From Candidatus Saccharimonadales bacterium (lineage in GTDB: Bacteria; Patescibacteriota; Saccharimonadia; Saccharimonadales; UBA4665): 64,000 nucleotides of DNA. The position numbers and the translations under genes are program-made. Shown one piece after another: positions 29,735-39,320 of this stretch; positions within the stretch are counted from its first letter, which is position 1; each line of letters begins with the position of its first letter. Where the stretch lies: positions 329 through 64,328 of the forward strand of contig DASVOI010000014.1 in NCBI GenBank assembly GCA_036383395.1. Reading direction: 5' to 3'. Below the pieces are notes generated by a model that was not told where the DNA came from, did no database searches, and was given only the letters and a program-made list of their open reading frames with translations.

Positions 29735-32700
29735 TTACTCGAGCAAGTCGTTTTCAAACTTTTGGGTGCCGGCCAAGTCTGGCGTGTAACCGGTGACGTC
29801 GGGCAGGTCTAGCTGCATTATCCGCTGCCACACAGCCTCGGCCAGCCGTTTGGTGCGGGCGTACTCGGCCTCATCGAACTCCAGGCGCAGCTCATGGATG
29901 CGGCCCTCGTCGTCCGGCTCAACGAATTCCAAACTGGCGCTCACTACGCGGTAGCCGGCGTAGGTATGCGACCCTTCGACCAGTGCGCGGTACAAGTAGA
30001 GCTGATGGCGGTACTTGTGCAGTTTGATGTCGTGTGCCCAGCGGCTGAAGCTTTTGCCGGTTTTGTAGTCGACAATAGCGATCGTTTTGGCTTCGCGGTC
30101 TAGAATGAGTTTGTCGATCTTACCGCTCAAGTGCGCTTTGCCTATCAGTACGCCTTCGCTGCGGAAGTTGTGCTCAGCCACCGTATTAGGCGTGATGTCT
30201 GCGCCGCGTTGTTGCAAATATGCCGCTAAGGCCGCCGTGCCCCGCTCCAAGAACAGTTTGGTGTCGTGAGCGTTTAAGCGCTGGGCAATCAGGCGTTGTT
30301 CGTAGGCGGCGGCCAGCTCTGGTTCGAGCGGCAATGTGCCGGTTTGTTTTACGGTGTTATGCAACCATTCGAGGGTTTCGTGCATGGCGTTGCCGTATTG
30401 CATTTCGGGCCGCGGGGCCTGCGGGAAGCGCAAGATCGTGCGCAAAAAGAATGATTGCGGGCCGCTGTACGTAAGGTCGATAAAGTCGTTGACATGCGTC
30501 GGGCTGAGCTGGAAGTTGCGCAAGCGGTCGTCGAGCAGCGCACGCATGTCGGGGTGTTGCAGCGCTTCTTGGTGCCGGCTGCTCCAGTACGCGGCGAGCT
30601 CGGTGGTGGGCGCCGGCTGGTCGTCTTCGGCTGGACGCACTGCTTGCTTGCCCGCTGGCAGCAATGGCGAGTGTACTACGCCTTGCTCGTCCACGGTCTC
30701 GTCTAAGAATTTCAGGCGGGTCATGGTTTTGCCCGCAAAGTTACTGGTGTAGTTGATCATATAGAGTTGCGATTTGGCGCGGGTCATGGCCACGTAAAAC
30801 AGGCGCAGCCGTTCGTCGTTGGTGGCGCCAGCGTAGCGAATATGCTGCAAGTTTGGCGGCAGGCTGATGCGCGAGCCGGCGCTGTGGCTTTTGCCGCCCC
30901 AGGCGTCATCGTTTACGGCCAGCACGAACACGGCGCTCCACTCCATGCCTTTGGCCTTGAAGGCGGTCATCAGCTGCACTGCTTCTTCGGCCGAGGCGTA
31001 CGGGCTGGTGTTGAGGATTTTGAGGTCGGCGTCCTGCATGGCAATAATAAATTGAATGAAATCTTTTAGCGACAGCCGGTCGCTGCCCTCCCCGCGGCGG
31101 TACTCGCGCAAACGGGCGCGCAGCACCACTAAATTGGTGAGCAGGTTGTAAAAATCGGCGCTGCTCTCTGGCGTGGCCTCGCCAAAATAATGCTGGTAGT
31201 ACGGCGAGGTGAATGGCGCCTGCTCTGGCTCTTGCAGGTCGAGCGGCTGCGAGCCGATCAGGTAGTCGAACATCGTTTCCAGCGTTTCGGTGCCAGCCAG
31301 ATGGCTCAGGCGTATGAAAAAGAGCGCGATGGGCCGCAGCTGCTCATCGGCTAAAATTTCCTCTGTCCAGCTTTGGTCGTCTTCGCGGCTTTGCCAGCTC
31401 AGTTTCCAGATGCTGCTGGTCGGCAGCTGCCAAAAGTCAAAGCTGAGGACGTGCGCCCACATGGCGTTGGCGACGGCGTGTGCGCCCGCGGCCAGGGCGA
31501 GCACCAGCTCGCTCATGCGCACCAGCTGGGTGATGGCCGGGTCATCCAGGACGTTTTCGCGTTTTTCGTAGCGCACCGGCACGCCCGCCTGCTGCAAGAA
31601 CGGCACCAGCGGCTCAAGATACTTATGCTGCGGCGCGAGCACGGCAATTTCGCTGGCCGGCACGCCGCTGTCCAGAAGCGATTGGATCTGCCGGGCGACC
31701 CAGGCGAACTGCATGACATCGCTTTGGGCTTCACGGCGCTCCACCACGGCACGACTGGGCAGTTTGGTGTTTTTGGCTTCAAGCGTTTTTTCGATTTGCG
31801 GGAAGTGGTGGTGCAGCCGCTCTTCTATTTGTTCGGCGATGCCGCGGGCGGTGTGCAGAATGTCGGCGTGGGAGCGGTAGTTTTCGGTGAGCGGCACGGG
31901 CAGCACACCCTTGTACAGCTCGTTAAAGCGCAGCATGTGCGAGTAGTTGGCGCCTTGGAAGGCGTAGATGGCCTGGTCGTCGTCGCCCACGGCCAGGACG
32001 TTGGGGCGGCCCTCGCTCACCGGATTGTCGGTGAGCAGCTCCACCAAGCGCAGCTGGGCGCCGTTGGTGTCCTGGAACTCGTCGAGCAAGAGGTACTGGT
32101 ATTGTTCTTGCAGGGTGAAGCGCAGGTCGGCGTGTTGCTCCAGGGCGCGAACGGCGCGGAGGATCATGTCGTCGTAGTCGAACAGGCCTTGGTCGGCGAG
32201 CGCCTTGAGATATTGCTCGTATATATCGGTGGCTGCCAGAATTTTTTGGTTGGCGCGCAGGCCGTCGACGATGAACTGGCCATCGGTATTTTTGGCCAGC
32301 CAGGCGTTTTTCCAGGCGGTAAGGGTGTTGGTTTTGCCGGATTCCTCGGCGGCCGCAACGGCTGCTTCGAGTTCTTTTTGGAACTGCGCAGCCAGGTCGC
32401 CGCCCTCGCCCTTCACCTGTTCGAGCAACTGCCGAAAGAGCGGCAGTGCCTTTTTGTCGATGCGGATTACGCCGCCGAGCGTTTTGCTTGCAATGGGGCT
32501 TGTTTTTGCAATGAAACGTAGGTTATTGTTGGCGACGGCCCGCAGGTCGTCCGGGCTCAGCAGCGCGCGCTTGGCGTCGCTGACCAGTGTTTTTATATCC
32601 GGTAAGTAGTTATCGGAGTATTTGAGCGGGTTGCTGTACGGCAGCCCGGCAATGATGCTCCGAAAGACGCGGTCGATGCCAAGGTCGTCGATAGGCTCTT

Positions 32701-33034
32701 GCACGGCATCGGTCGTAAAGTAGTCGGGATAGCGGCGGATAATATCAGAACCAAAAGCGTGATAGGTGCTGATAGTAACGTCGTAGGCGGCCTTGCTGCC
32801 GATCATGTTGGTAAGCCGCTCGCGCATAGTCTGGGCGGCCGAATCGGTAAATGTCAGACACAAAATATTCTGCGGCAATGTATCGGTAGTGGCCAGAATA
32901 TGGGCGATGCGCGTCGTGAGCAGCTGTGTCTTGCCGGTGCCCGGCCCGGCGATGACCAACACTGGTCCGTCGGTGGTGGTGACGGCCAGACGCTGCGCGT
33001 CGTTGAGTTGGGCCAATGCCTGCCTATAGTCCAT
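29735..33034 (-). CDS. UvrD/REP superfamily-1 helicase with C-terminal PD-(D/E)xK nuclease domain
   Basis: AGPGTGKT, LLDEFQD, GDDDQAIYAFQGA, NYRS and RLFYVAMTRAK, then GKIDKL...IVDYKTG. Confidence 0.93.
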   Translation of the reverse strand: MDYRQALAQLNDAQRLAVTTTDGPVLVIAGPGTGKTQLLTTRIAHILATTDTLPQNILCLTFTDSAAQTMRERLTNMIGSKAAYDVTISTYHAFGSDIIRRYPDYFTTDAVQEPIDDLGIDRVFRSIIAGLPYSNPLKYSDNYLPDIKTLVSDAKRALLSPDDLRAVANNNLRFIAKTSPIASKTLGGVIRIDKKALPLFRQLLEQVKGEGGDLAAQFQKELEAAVAAAEESGKTNTLTAWKNAWLAKNTDGQFIVDGLRANQKILAATDIYEQYLKALADQGLFDYDDMILRAVRALEQHADLRFTLQEQYQYLLLDEFQDTNGAQLRLVELLTDNPVSEGRPNVLAVGDDDQAIYAFQGANYSHMLRFNELYKGVLPVPLTENYRSHADILHTARGIAEQIEERLHHHFPQIEKTLEAKNTKLPSRAVVERREAQSDVMQFAWVARQIQSLLDSGVPASEIAVLAPQHKYLEPLVPFLQQAGVPVRYEKRENVLDDPAITQLVRMSELVLALAAGAHAVANAMWAHVLSFDFWQLPTSSIWKLSWQSREDDQSWTEEILADEQLRPIALFFIRLSHLAGTETLETMFDYLIGSQPLDLQEPEQAPFTSPYYQHYFGEATPESSADFYNLLTNLVVLRARLREYRRGEGSDRLSLKDFIQFIIAMQDADLKILNTSPYASAEEAVQLMTAFKAKGMEWSAVFVLAVNDDAWGGKSHSAGSRISLPPNLQHIRYAGATNDERLRLFYVAMTRAKSQLYMINYTSNFAGKTMTRLKFLDETVDEQGVVHSPLLPAGKQAVRPAEDDQPAPTTELAAYWSSRHQEALQHPDMRALLDDRLRNFQLSPTHVNDFIDLTYSGPQSFFLRTILRFPQAPRPEMQYGNAMHETLEWLHNTVKQTGTLPLEPELAAAYEQRLIAQRLNAHDTKLFLERGTAALAAYLQQRGADITPNTVAEHNFRSEGVLIGKAHLSGKIDKLILDREAKTIAIVDYKTGKSFSRWAHDIKLHKYRHQLYLYRALVEGSHTYAGYRVVSASLEFVEPDDEGRIHELRLEFDEAEYARTKRLAEAVWQRIMQLDLPDVTGYTPDLAGTQKFENDLLE

Positions 33035-33578
33035 TGATGGCCTCCGTTCCGTCGGGATAATAGATGACATTTGCCGGGTAGCCAAGCACGGTGCTGTGGA
33101 TAGTTATGTAACCGCCTAACTCAGACAGCCGCGACGGCGATGGGTTGACCGCGCCCATTTGCAGGCTGCCCCACTCCGCCAACGCCTCCGGGTCCTCCAG
33201 CTCGAGCCGAGTCGCCTCCTGGTCGTCTTCGGTGCCAGCGGCGATAATGATGGGGGCGTCCGGGTAGTTTGCCGGTATTTCCGCGACAAACGGCTCGCCG
33301 TGATGCTGTACGCCCGTGAAGTGGTAGCGGGTCATTCCGGGGTCGGATGCCACGACGGGCAACGCCTTGAACAGTAGCGGTTCGCTGCTGTCGGTAGGAT
33401 CGTTCGAGGCGCTGAATGCCGTGATGGTATAGTCGGTGCGCGCCAGGCCAGGCGTGCCTCCAACAATTGCTACGAAAGAATTTGGCGCTCCAGCGTACGC
33501 GATCAGCTGCGTACGCACCGGGTCAAATAGCTCCCGCCGCCGTTGTATAAGCTGTTGCTCAAACCCTAATTTGTCCAT
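33024..33578 (-). CDS. Hypothetical protein
   Basis: ORF overlaps the helicase start by 11 nt; TATAGT 6 nt before the ATG at 33578. Confidence 0.6.
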   Translation of the reverse strand: MDKLGFEQQLIQRRRELFDPVRTQLIAYAGAPNSFVAIVGGTPGLARTDYTITAFSASNDPTDSSEPLLFKALPVVASDPGMTRYHFTGVQHHGEPFVAEIPANYPDAPIIIAAGTEDDQEATRLELEDPEALAEWGSLQMGAVNPSPSRLSELGGYITIHSTVLGYPANVIYYPDGTEAINGL

Positions 33579-33635
33579 GGTCTCACTATAGTGCACGCAT
33601 TTGGCGGCACTTGCAAATACCCTGATCGAGCGGAG

Positions 33636-34832
33636 TTATTTTTTGGCGCAGGTCGGGCAGATTTCGGCGTCGGATTCGCCCTTGCTGCGAATCCACTGGG
33701 CGCCGGCGGCCGGCCAGTTCTGCAGATCGTGGAAGCCAATGAGATCGACAAATACATGGATGAATCCGCCGAGCATGCCAGCGAAGGTTGCCTTGCCCCA
33801 CTCTACTGCGGCCCAGCGCGGCCCGACCGGAATAACGGAAATAGGCTTCTTGGGTGTGTAACTCTTGGGCGTCTTGCCGTCCAGCTTGCGGCAGATGTTT
33901 TGGGCCACGAATTCGGCATCGTACAGTGCAGTTTGGGCCATGCCGCTAAACGGTGTGTTGGCGTTGTCGCCCACGATGAAAATGTCTTGCTCGGTTTGCA
34001 GGTATTCATCGACTTCGACTTTGCCGCGGTCGGTCAGGCGGAAGTTATTCTCTTTAAAAAACGGGTTATTGGTTACGCCGGCCGTCCAGACAACGGTGCG
34101 GGTCTTGAGCGGCTTGTCGCCAGCCATGAGCATGTCGCCGGTTTGGCCGCCAACGGCGGTGCCAGTCATAACTTGGACGCCCAGATGGGTTAAGCGGCGC
34201 ATCACCGCTTGCTGGATGCTTTGCGGCGAGCGCGGCAGTAGCACCGGCGCCGCTTCTACGAGCATGATGTTCAGCTTGGTCTTGGGTACCCCGTGGCGTT
34301 TCATTACGCCGTTCAGATAACCTGGCAGCGCGCCGGCTAGTTCGATGCCGGTCGGGCCGCCGCCCACAATGACGTAGTTGAGATCGGGCGCGCCCTCTTT
34401 GGCGAATTGCTCGTGCACGTGCTTTTTGAAGCGCTCAACTTCCTCGGTCGACTTTATGCCGAAGGAGTACTCGGCCAGGCCCTTGATGCCGAAGTAGTTG
34501 GTGACATTACCCAGCCCCAAAATGAGCGTGTCGTACGGCAAGTGCTTGCCGTCTTCGGTGACAATTTCTTTTTTCTGACGGTCCACTTTGGTGACGGTGG
34601 CCCGTTCAAAGTGCACCTTGCGCCCTTCGAGAATAGTGCTCAACCGGATGCGCGAGCCGGCGCGCCGGCCGCCGGTAGCGGCGTGGTACAGCCCCGGATA
34701 GTACCGGAAATGGCCATGATCGCTCACCAGCGTGACGTCGCAGCTGTCGCAGCGGCTTAGCTCTAGCGCAGCTTTTACGCCGCCAAAGCCACCGCCCACG
34801 ATCAATATTTTTGTTTTTTGGGTTGTGCTCAT
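33636..34832 (-). CDS. ndh: Type II NADH:quinone oxidoreductase (NDH-2)-family flavoprotein
   Basis: VGGGFGG, IVGGGPTGIELAG, VWTAGV, VGD and MAQTA; ends with a CPTC motif. Confidence 0.85.
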   Translation of the reverse strand: MSTTQKTKILIVGGGFGGVKAALELSRCDSCDVTLVSDHGHFRYYPGLYHAATGGRRAGSRIRLSTILEGRKVHFERATVTKVDRQKKEIVTEDGKHLPYDTLILGLGNVTNYFGIKGLAEYSFGIKSTEEVERFKKHVHEQFAKEGAPDLNYVIVGGGPTGIELAGALPGYLNGVMKRHGVPKTKLNIMLVEAAPVLLPRSPQSIQQAVMRRLTHLGVQVMTGTAVGGQTGDMLMAGDKPLKTRTVVWTAGVTNNPFFKENNFRLTDRGKVEVDEYLQTEQDIFIVGDNANTPFSGMAQTALYDAEFVAQNICRKLDGKTPKSYTPKKPISVIPVGPRWAAVEWGKATFAGMLGGFIHVFVDLIGFHDLQNWPAAGAQWIRSKGESDAEICPTCAKK

Positions 34833-34871
34833 GGTTCGCATTATACAGCAAGCTTTCGGTGGAGCTAGTGC

Positions 34872-35822
34872 TTACTTGCTGAAGCGCACGCCGATGTGCT
34901 CTTTCTCTACATATTTTTCGCGCTGGGCGTAGAGTTTGTAGGCCTGGCGGTCGGCCTCGGTGCGCAAATTGCCACTGAAGGTGCGCGGCCATAGATGGAA
35001 ATGCCGCACGGTGTCGATCTCGGCGGCGTACATAATGACCTGCGCCAACAGATACATCCAAAACAGCAGGCCCAGTACCACGGCGAACGTACCGTATACC
35101 GAGTCTAGGTGCTGCAATTGGTGCGATAAAATAACGCTGCCGAAACTCAGCAATAGCTGCATAATGAACGCCGCAATCGCCGCGCCAAGCAGCATGTAGC
35201 GATAGCGGATGCGTCCGCTGGTGGCGATACGGAACGCGTAGCCGAGCATGAAGGTCAAAATGAGGAAACCGAGCACATTGGCCAGCGCCTTTACCCACAC
35301 GGCATGGCCGAGCGCCGCCGTAAAGCCGGACACCGCGCCCGTGGCCGCAAAGCCAGCCAGCCCAGCGCACATAATGGCCAGCGAGTGCAGCATGCTTTTC
35401 GGGAATCCGGCGCGCTTGTCGCGCGGAATCTGCCACATATTGTCGAGTGCATAGCGGAAGGCGTCAGCTGCGCCGCGGGCGCCGTACAGTGTAATAAGCA
35501 GGCCGATAATTAGCCCCAGCCCGGCGTTGCGCAGGCCGTGGATTTCGCGCGACAGCTGCGTACCCAGTAGCGGGAAGAAGTGCCCGACGCTGACACTGAT
35601 TTCATTTCTGAGGGCCGGGTCGTTGTGAAACCACAGCTGCAGCACCGTCACCAGTACCAAAAGCAGCGGAAACAGCGACAAAAAGCCATAGTACGTCAGC
35701 AGCGCGGCCTGGTAGCCGCCGTTGTCTTCGCTGTATTTTTTGATCACCGCATGCACAAAAGCGACGGCCACGTGGCGTTGCTGCCATGAGTCGATGCGCT
35801 TGGTGATCCGGCTAATGTTCAT
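34872..35822 (-). CDS. YihY/virulence factor BrkB family membrane protein
   Basis: AALLTYYGFLSLFPLLL and YGTFAVVLGLLFWMYL. Confidence 0.92.
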   Translation of the reverse strand: MNISRITKRIDSWQQRHVAVAFVHAVIKKYSEDNGGYQAALLTYYGFLSLFPLLLVLVTVLQLWFHNDPALRNEISVSVGHFFPLLGTQLSREIHGLRNAGLGLIIGLLITLYGARGAADAFRYALDNMWQIPRDKRAGFPKSMLHSLAIMCAGLAGFAATGAVSGFTAALGHAVWVKALANVLGFLILTFMLGYAFRIATSGRIRYRYMLLGAAIAAFIMQLLLSFGSVILSHQLQHLDSVYGTFAVVLGLLFWMYLLAQVIMYAAEIDTVRHFHLWPRTFSGNLRTEADRQAYKLYAQREKYVEKEHIGVRFSK

Positions 35823-35887
35823 TACTCCGATTAAACTCCATTCTGCATACGCTCGCAATCCCTACAGCGTATGCTACCATTATCCAT

Positions 35888-36874
35888 ATGAGTGTGCGCG
35901 TCGCCACATATAACCTCTTTGAAGGGGCTGGAGGGTCTTATAACCGCCTCGTCGAGTTCGTGCGGACATCCCAGCTGGATGTGATTTGTTTGCAAGAAAT
36001 TAACGGCTGGGAGGACAACGATTTCGCCCGCCTCAAAGATTTTACCGACAAGGTCTTGTTCGTGGGCTTTGCCTACGGCAACAGCAATACCGAATATAAA
36101 CTGGCGACCGTCAGCAAGCACGCCATTATCGACCGCAAGCTGCACGCCGAGGCCTTTTGGCACGCTGCCCTCGAAATTAAGGTGCGGCTGGGCGATCGCG
36201 ATGTAACCATCGTGAACGCCCATCTCGACCCGTGGAAAGAGGAATCGCGCGACCGCGAGATTGCTCGCCTGCTGTCCGGTTTGCAGCCTGGCCAGCCTAC
36301 GATCATCACCGGCGACTTCAACAGCCTGAGCCGCCAAGATAATTACCCGCCGGAGCTGCTCGCCCAGCTGCAAGCCAAAGGCATCAGCAAATTTGGCACG
36401 CAATCGCTGGAGCTCAGGGTGATCGATCGCCTGCTGGCTGCCGGCTATGTTGACGTGTTTGCGGCCGCCGGCCAATTCCAGCCCACGGTGCCGAGCGCCT
36501 TCAATCAGGACAAGGATCACGAGGTGCCAGTGCGCGTTGACTACATGTTTGTGTCGCCTGATTTGGCGCCGCTGGTGAGCAAGGTTGAACTCGCCAAGAC
36601 CGACTTGACCGACGCCATCTCCGATCATTACCCGCTGATCGTTACGTTTAACTTGGGCGAACCCGAGACCGGCACGAGTCCGACTAGTGCGGCGCCCGCC
36701 CCGGTGATGCCGCCGGCGCCCGTCCCTGCTCCTGTCGCGCCCAGCATTCCGGCCGCGCCCCCTACGCCGTGGGTGCCGCCAGAAGACCCGAAGCCGCAAG
36801 AACGGCCGCCAAAAAATGACGACAAACCCGATGATGGCGAAGTTGTTATGTGGTCTCACGACGACAAAAAATAA
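35888..36874 (+). CDS. Endonuclease/exonuclease/phosphatase (EEP) family protein with Pro-rich tail
   Basis: TYNL, CLQE, AHL, TGDFN, RVDYMF and SDHYP. Confidence 0.9.
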   Translation: MSVRVATYNLFEGAGGSYNRLVEFVRTSQLDVICLQEINGWEDNDFARLKDFTDKVLFVGFAYGNSNTEYKLATVSKHAIIDRKLHAEAFWHAALEIKVRLGDRDVTIVNAHLDPWKEESRDREIARLLSGLQPGQPTIITGDFNSLSRQDNYPPELLAQLQAKGISKFGTQSLELRVIDRLLAAGYVDVFAAAGQFQPTVPSAFNQDKDHEVPVRVDYMFVSPDLAPLVSKVELAKTDLTDAISDHYPLIVTFNLGEPETGTSPTSAAPAPVMPPAPVPAPVAPSIPAAPPTPWVPPEDPKPQERPPKNDDKPDDGEVVMWSHDDKK

Positions 36875-36938
36875 AAATCTTAAAAAATGGTAATGAAATC
36901 TATATTTACTTCGGCCAGGTAGTGGTAGAATATACCGC

Positions 36939-38144
36939 ATGGCTAAAGATCTGACCCAGTTGCAGATTCGTTCTCTGCCTGAGGTCTTTAACTTTACCGA
37001 TGGTCATGTTCATAGGTCTCTTGATGAAAACGAGCGTAAGGTGGCGGAACGACTCAGTGACATCTTCCTCAGTGTAGAGCGTGAACGCCAATCGGAAGTA
37101 GAGCGTGCATACGTGGACGCTTTTTATGGCATGTACCGCCAAACTATCAATGCTGACAAGACCAAGTACTTATTCCTATCGAGCGCTTCGCTCAGCCTCG
37201 AGGTAACCGCCAACTATGTCCGTATGGCTGGCCTGGATCTGGCGCTGATTGAGCCGTGCTTTGACAATCTCGCCAATATGTTTAAGCGCCACAAAGTGCC
37301 GTTGGAATCCTTGCCTGACCACTACCTTGAGGCCGAAAATATCGACGAGCTGTTGCCGACTATCAAGAGCAAGGCCATATGTATTGTGTCGCCCAACAAT
37401 CCTACCGGCATTACTTACACGCCAGAAATTTTTAAAAAGTTGGTTGACTTCTGCAAGCGTGAGCACCGCCTGCTGATCATCGACTCGTCGTTCCGCGCCT
37501 ACAAAGACCCCGACTTCATCTTCGACGAATATGGGCTGTTGCAAGAAAGCGGCATCGATTATATCCTCATCGAAGACACCGGTAAGACCTGGCCGACGAA
37601 AGAGCTAAAAGTATCGTTGCTGGCCGTTTCCAGCAACATTTACAAGGATGTGTTCGACATCTACACCGATTTTTTGTATCACCACTCCACCGTCGTAGTG
37701 CGGTTTTTAACAGAATTTATTAAAGTGTCGGCCGCCGACAACCTGAAGACCGCGAAAGGCGTAGTCGCCACCAACCGGCGTGCGCTGTACCAGGCACTCG
37801 AGGGCAGCTTCCTGACGCCGCGCGAAAAAGGCTTTACGAGTGTTGCCTGGCTCAAGATCACGAACGGCATGAGGGCCGATGCCCTTTGCGCACTTCTAAA
37901 AGCAAACGGTATTTTTGTGCTGCCCGGCCAGCATTTTTACTGGAATGGCGGCACCGACCAAGACGGTAATGGCGGCGATTGTTACATTCGCGTCGCCCTG
38001 GCCCGCGACACCGACAAATTCAACCGCGCTCTGGTGCGGCTTAAAGAGGTCTTTGCCCAGGTGGCCGAGCCCGAGCCGGCCGAGTTAGGGAGTGCGCGCC
38101 AGTTCCCAGTAGTGGGTGAACATTTGGCGGAAGGTCTGAGCTAG
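36939..38144 (+). CDS. Fold-type I PLP enzyme, MppP/RohP/Ind4-like arginine oxidase homolog
   Basis: LTQ..., N.TDGH, PCFDNLA, PNNPTG, DSSFR, IEDTGKTWPTKELK (PLP Lys), LPGQHFYW and IRVALAR align with the remembered MppP sequence. Confidence 0.78.
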   Translation: MAKDLTQLQIRSLPEVFNFTDGHVHRSLDENERKVAERLSDIFLSVERERQSEVERAYVDAFYGMYRQTINADKTKYLFLSSASLSLEVTANYVRMAGLDLALIEPCFDNLANMFKRHKVPLESLPDHYLEAENIDELLPTIKSKAICIVSPNNPTGITYTPEIFKKLVDFCKREHRLLIIDSSFRAYKDPDFIFDEYGLLQESGIDYILIEDTGKTWPTKELKVSLLAVSSNIYKDVFDIYTDFLYHHSTVVVRFLTEFIKVSAADNLKTAKGVVATNRRALYQALEGSFLTPREKGFTSVAWLKITNGMRADALCALLKANGIFVLPGQHFYWNGGTDQDGNGGDCYIRVALARDTDKFNRALVRLKEVFAQVAEPEPAELGSARQFPVVGEHLAEGLS

Positions 38145-38858
38145 CGTTTCGTTCACGATTTCGACGCCGACCTTTTGCTGGTGGCGCCAATGGTAGATGG
38201 CAACGGTATCGTTATAGGTGGTGATCTGATTTTCGAGCAGCAGCTCGTCCGGCGTGAGCACGCGGAACTGATAGTTTGTGGCAAACGTGAAGATTTTGCT
38301 GTCCTCGCCGGGGTTTACCAGTACGCGCACCGATTGGTCGTTGTAGTTGGCTTGCGCCATGCGTTCTTGGTGTTGGCTAATCCAGCGCTGGCTGGTAATG
38401 AGGTCGCGCAAACTGGCGCGGCCAAACATCAGGATTTCGCCGCGAGTTTTTAGCTCGTGCCACAGCATTTGCTTGAACCCTTCTTCGCCTTCGTAGGTAT
38501 GCACAATAAAACTGCTGGCGTCATTGTCTTTTAGTAGATTTAACACCGGCAGCAGGCTTTCAAAGGCCTGGCGCTTTTGTTTGACGTTCTCTTCTTCGGT
38601 CACTAGCTCTACCTCAAGCGTGGCCGGATCGGAGGCGATCAGAAATGTACCGCGGTCGTCAGTGCGAGTACTCACCAGGCTGCGTTTTTCCAGCTGGTCG
38701 GCCAATCGGTACACTTTACTGCGATTAATGCCGGTGGAACGCGCCAGTTTTAGGTGCGTTGCCGGGCCTTTTAGTAGCTCGAGATAGATATGCGCTTCGT
38801 CGGCGCTTAAATTCAAGGCCTTCAGTCGCTGCAAGATCATGTCCTTGTTGTTCGTCAT
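38085..38858 (-). CDS. TrmB-family HTH transcriptional regulator with C-terminal effector-binding (PLD-like) domain
   Basis: EAHIYLELL...LARSTGINRSKVYRLADQLEKRSLV, YEGEEG and ITTYNDTVAI. Confidence 0.85.
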   Translation of the reverse strand: MTNNKDMILQRLKALNLSADEAHIYLELLKGPATHLKLARSTGINRSKVYRLADQLEKRSLVSTRTDDRGTFLIASDPATLEVELVTEEENVKQKRQAFESLLPVLNLLKDNDASSFIVHTYEGEEGFKQMLWHELKTRGEILMFGRASLRDLITSQRWISQHQERMAQANYNDQSVRVLVNPGEDSKIFTFATNYQFRVLTPDELLLENQITTYNDTVAIYHWRHQQKVGVEIVNETLAQTFRQMFTHYWELARTP

Positions 38859-38954
38859 GGTGAACAATTTAGCACATTATGTTCCGTTCATAAATACTGA
38901 ACATGTAAACACATTAAAAGCTAAGTCATTAAATAACGGTCTCGGGAGGCCCTT

Positions 38955-39230
38955 ATGAGGAACGTAGAAGTCATGGAAGTGCGAGCGATGCTCAAGGAAA
39001 TTTTGGCAACTACGGGTGGGACGCCCGAAGATGTGAGCGCCGTTATGACCATCGGGACGCCGGCAATGGGATTGCAGCGTTTGAGCGGCCCGAAGGAGCT
39101 TGCGCCGGTGCTGAAGGCGGTTGAACACGCCTCGCCGGCCAGCGAAGGTACCATTCGTATTGAAGAGGGTACCTGGCGCCAACTGGAGTCGGCCTACAGC
39201 CGCAGCGTGGTGGAGCCGCTGTTCGCCTAA
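38955..39230 (+). CDS. Hypothetical protein
   Basis: 91 aa; SD GGGAGG; followed by a terminator. Confidence 0.55.
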   Translation: MRNVEVMEVRAMLKEILATTGGTPEDVSAVMTIGTPAMGLQRLSGPKELAPVLKAVEHASPASEGTIRIEEGTWRQLESAYSRSVVEPLFA

Positions 39231-39253
39231 AAAGCACGACAAGAGAAAGATAC

Positions 39254-39290
39254 AAATCACGGGCCCATGACTGGCCCGTGATTTTGTTTT
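39254..39290 (+). terminator. Intrinsic terminator
   Basis: AAATCACGGGCC-7 nt-GGCCCGTGATTT followed by TGTTTT. Confidence 0.8.
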
Positions 39291-39320
39291 GATGCTATAT
39301 TTGACTGATAAGGAGCATGC

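Noticed and set aside
29735-33034. Helicase-nuclease as part of a defence island
   Set aside because: Looks like a housekeeping UvrD/AdnAB-type repair enzyme; no methylase, Cas or other defence genes adjacent.
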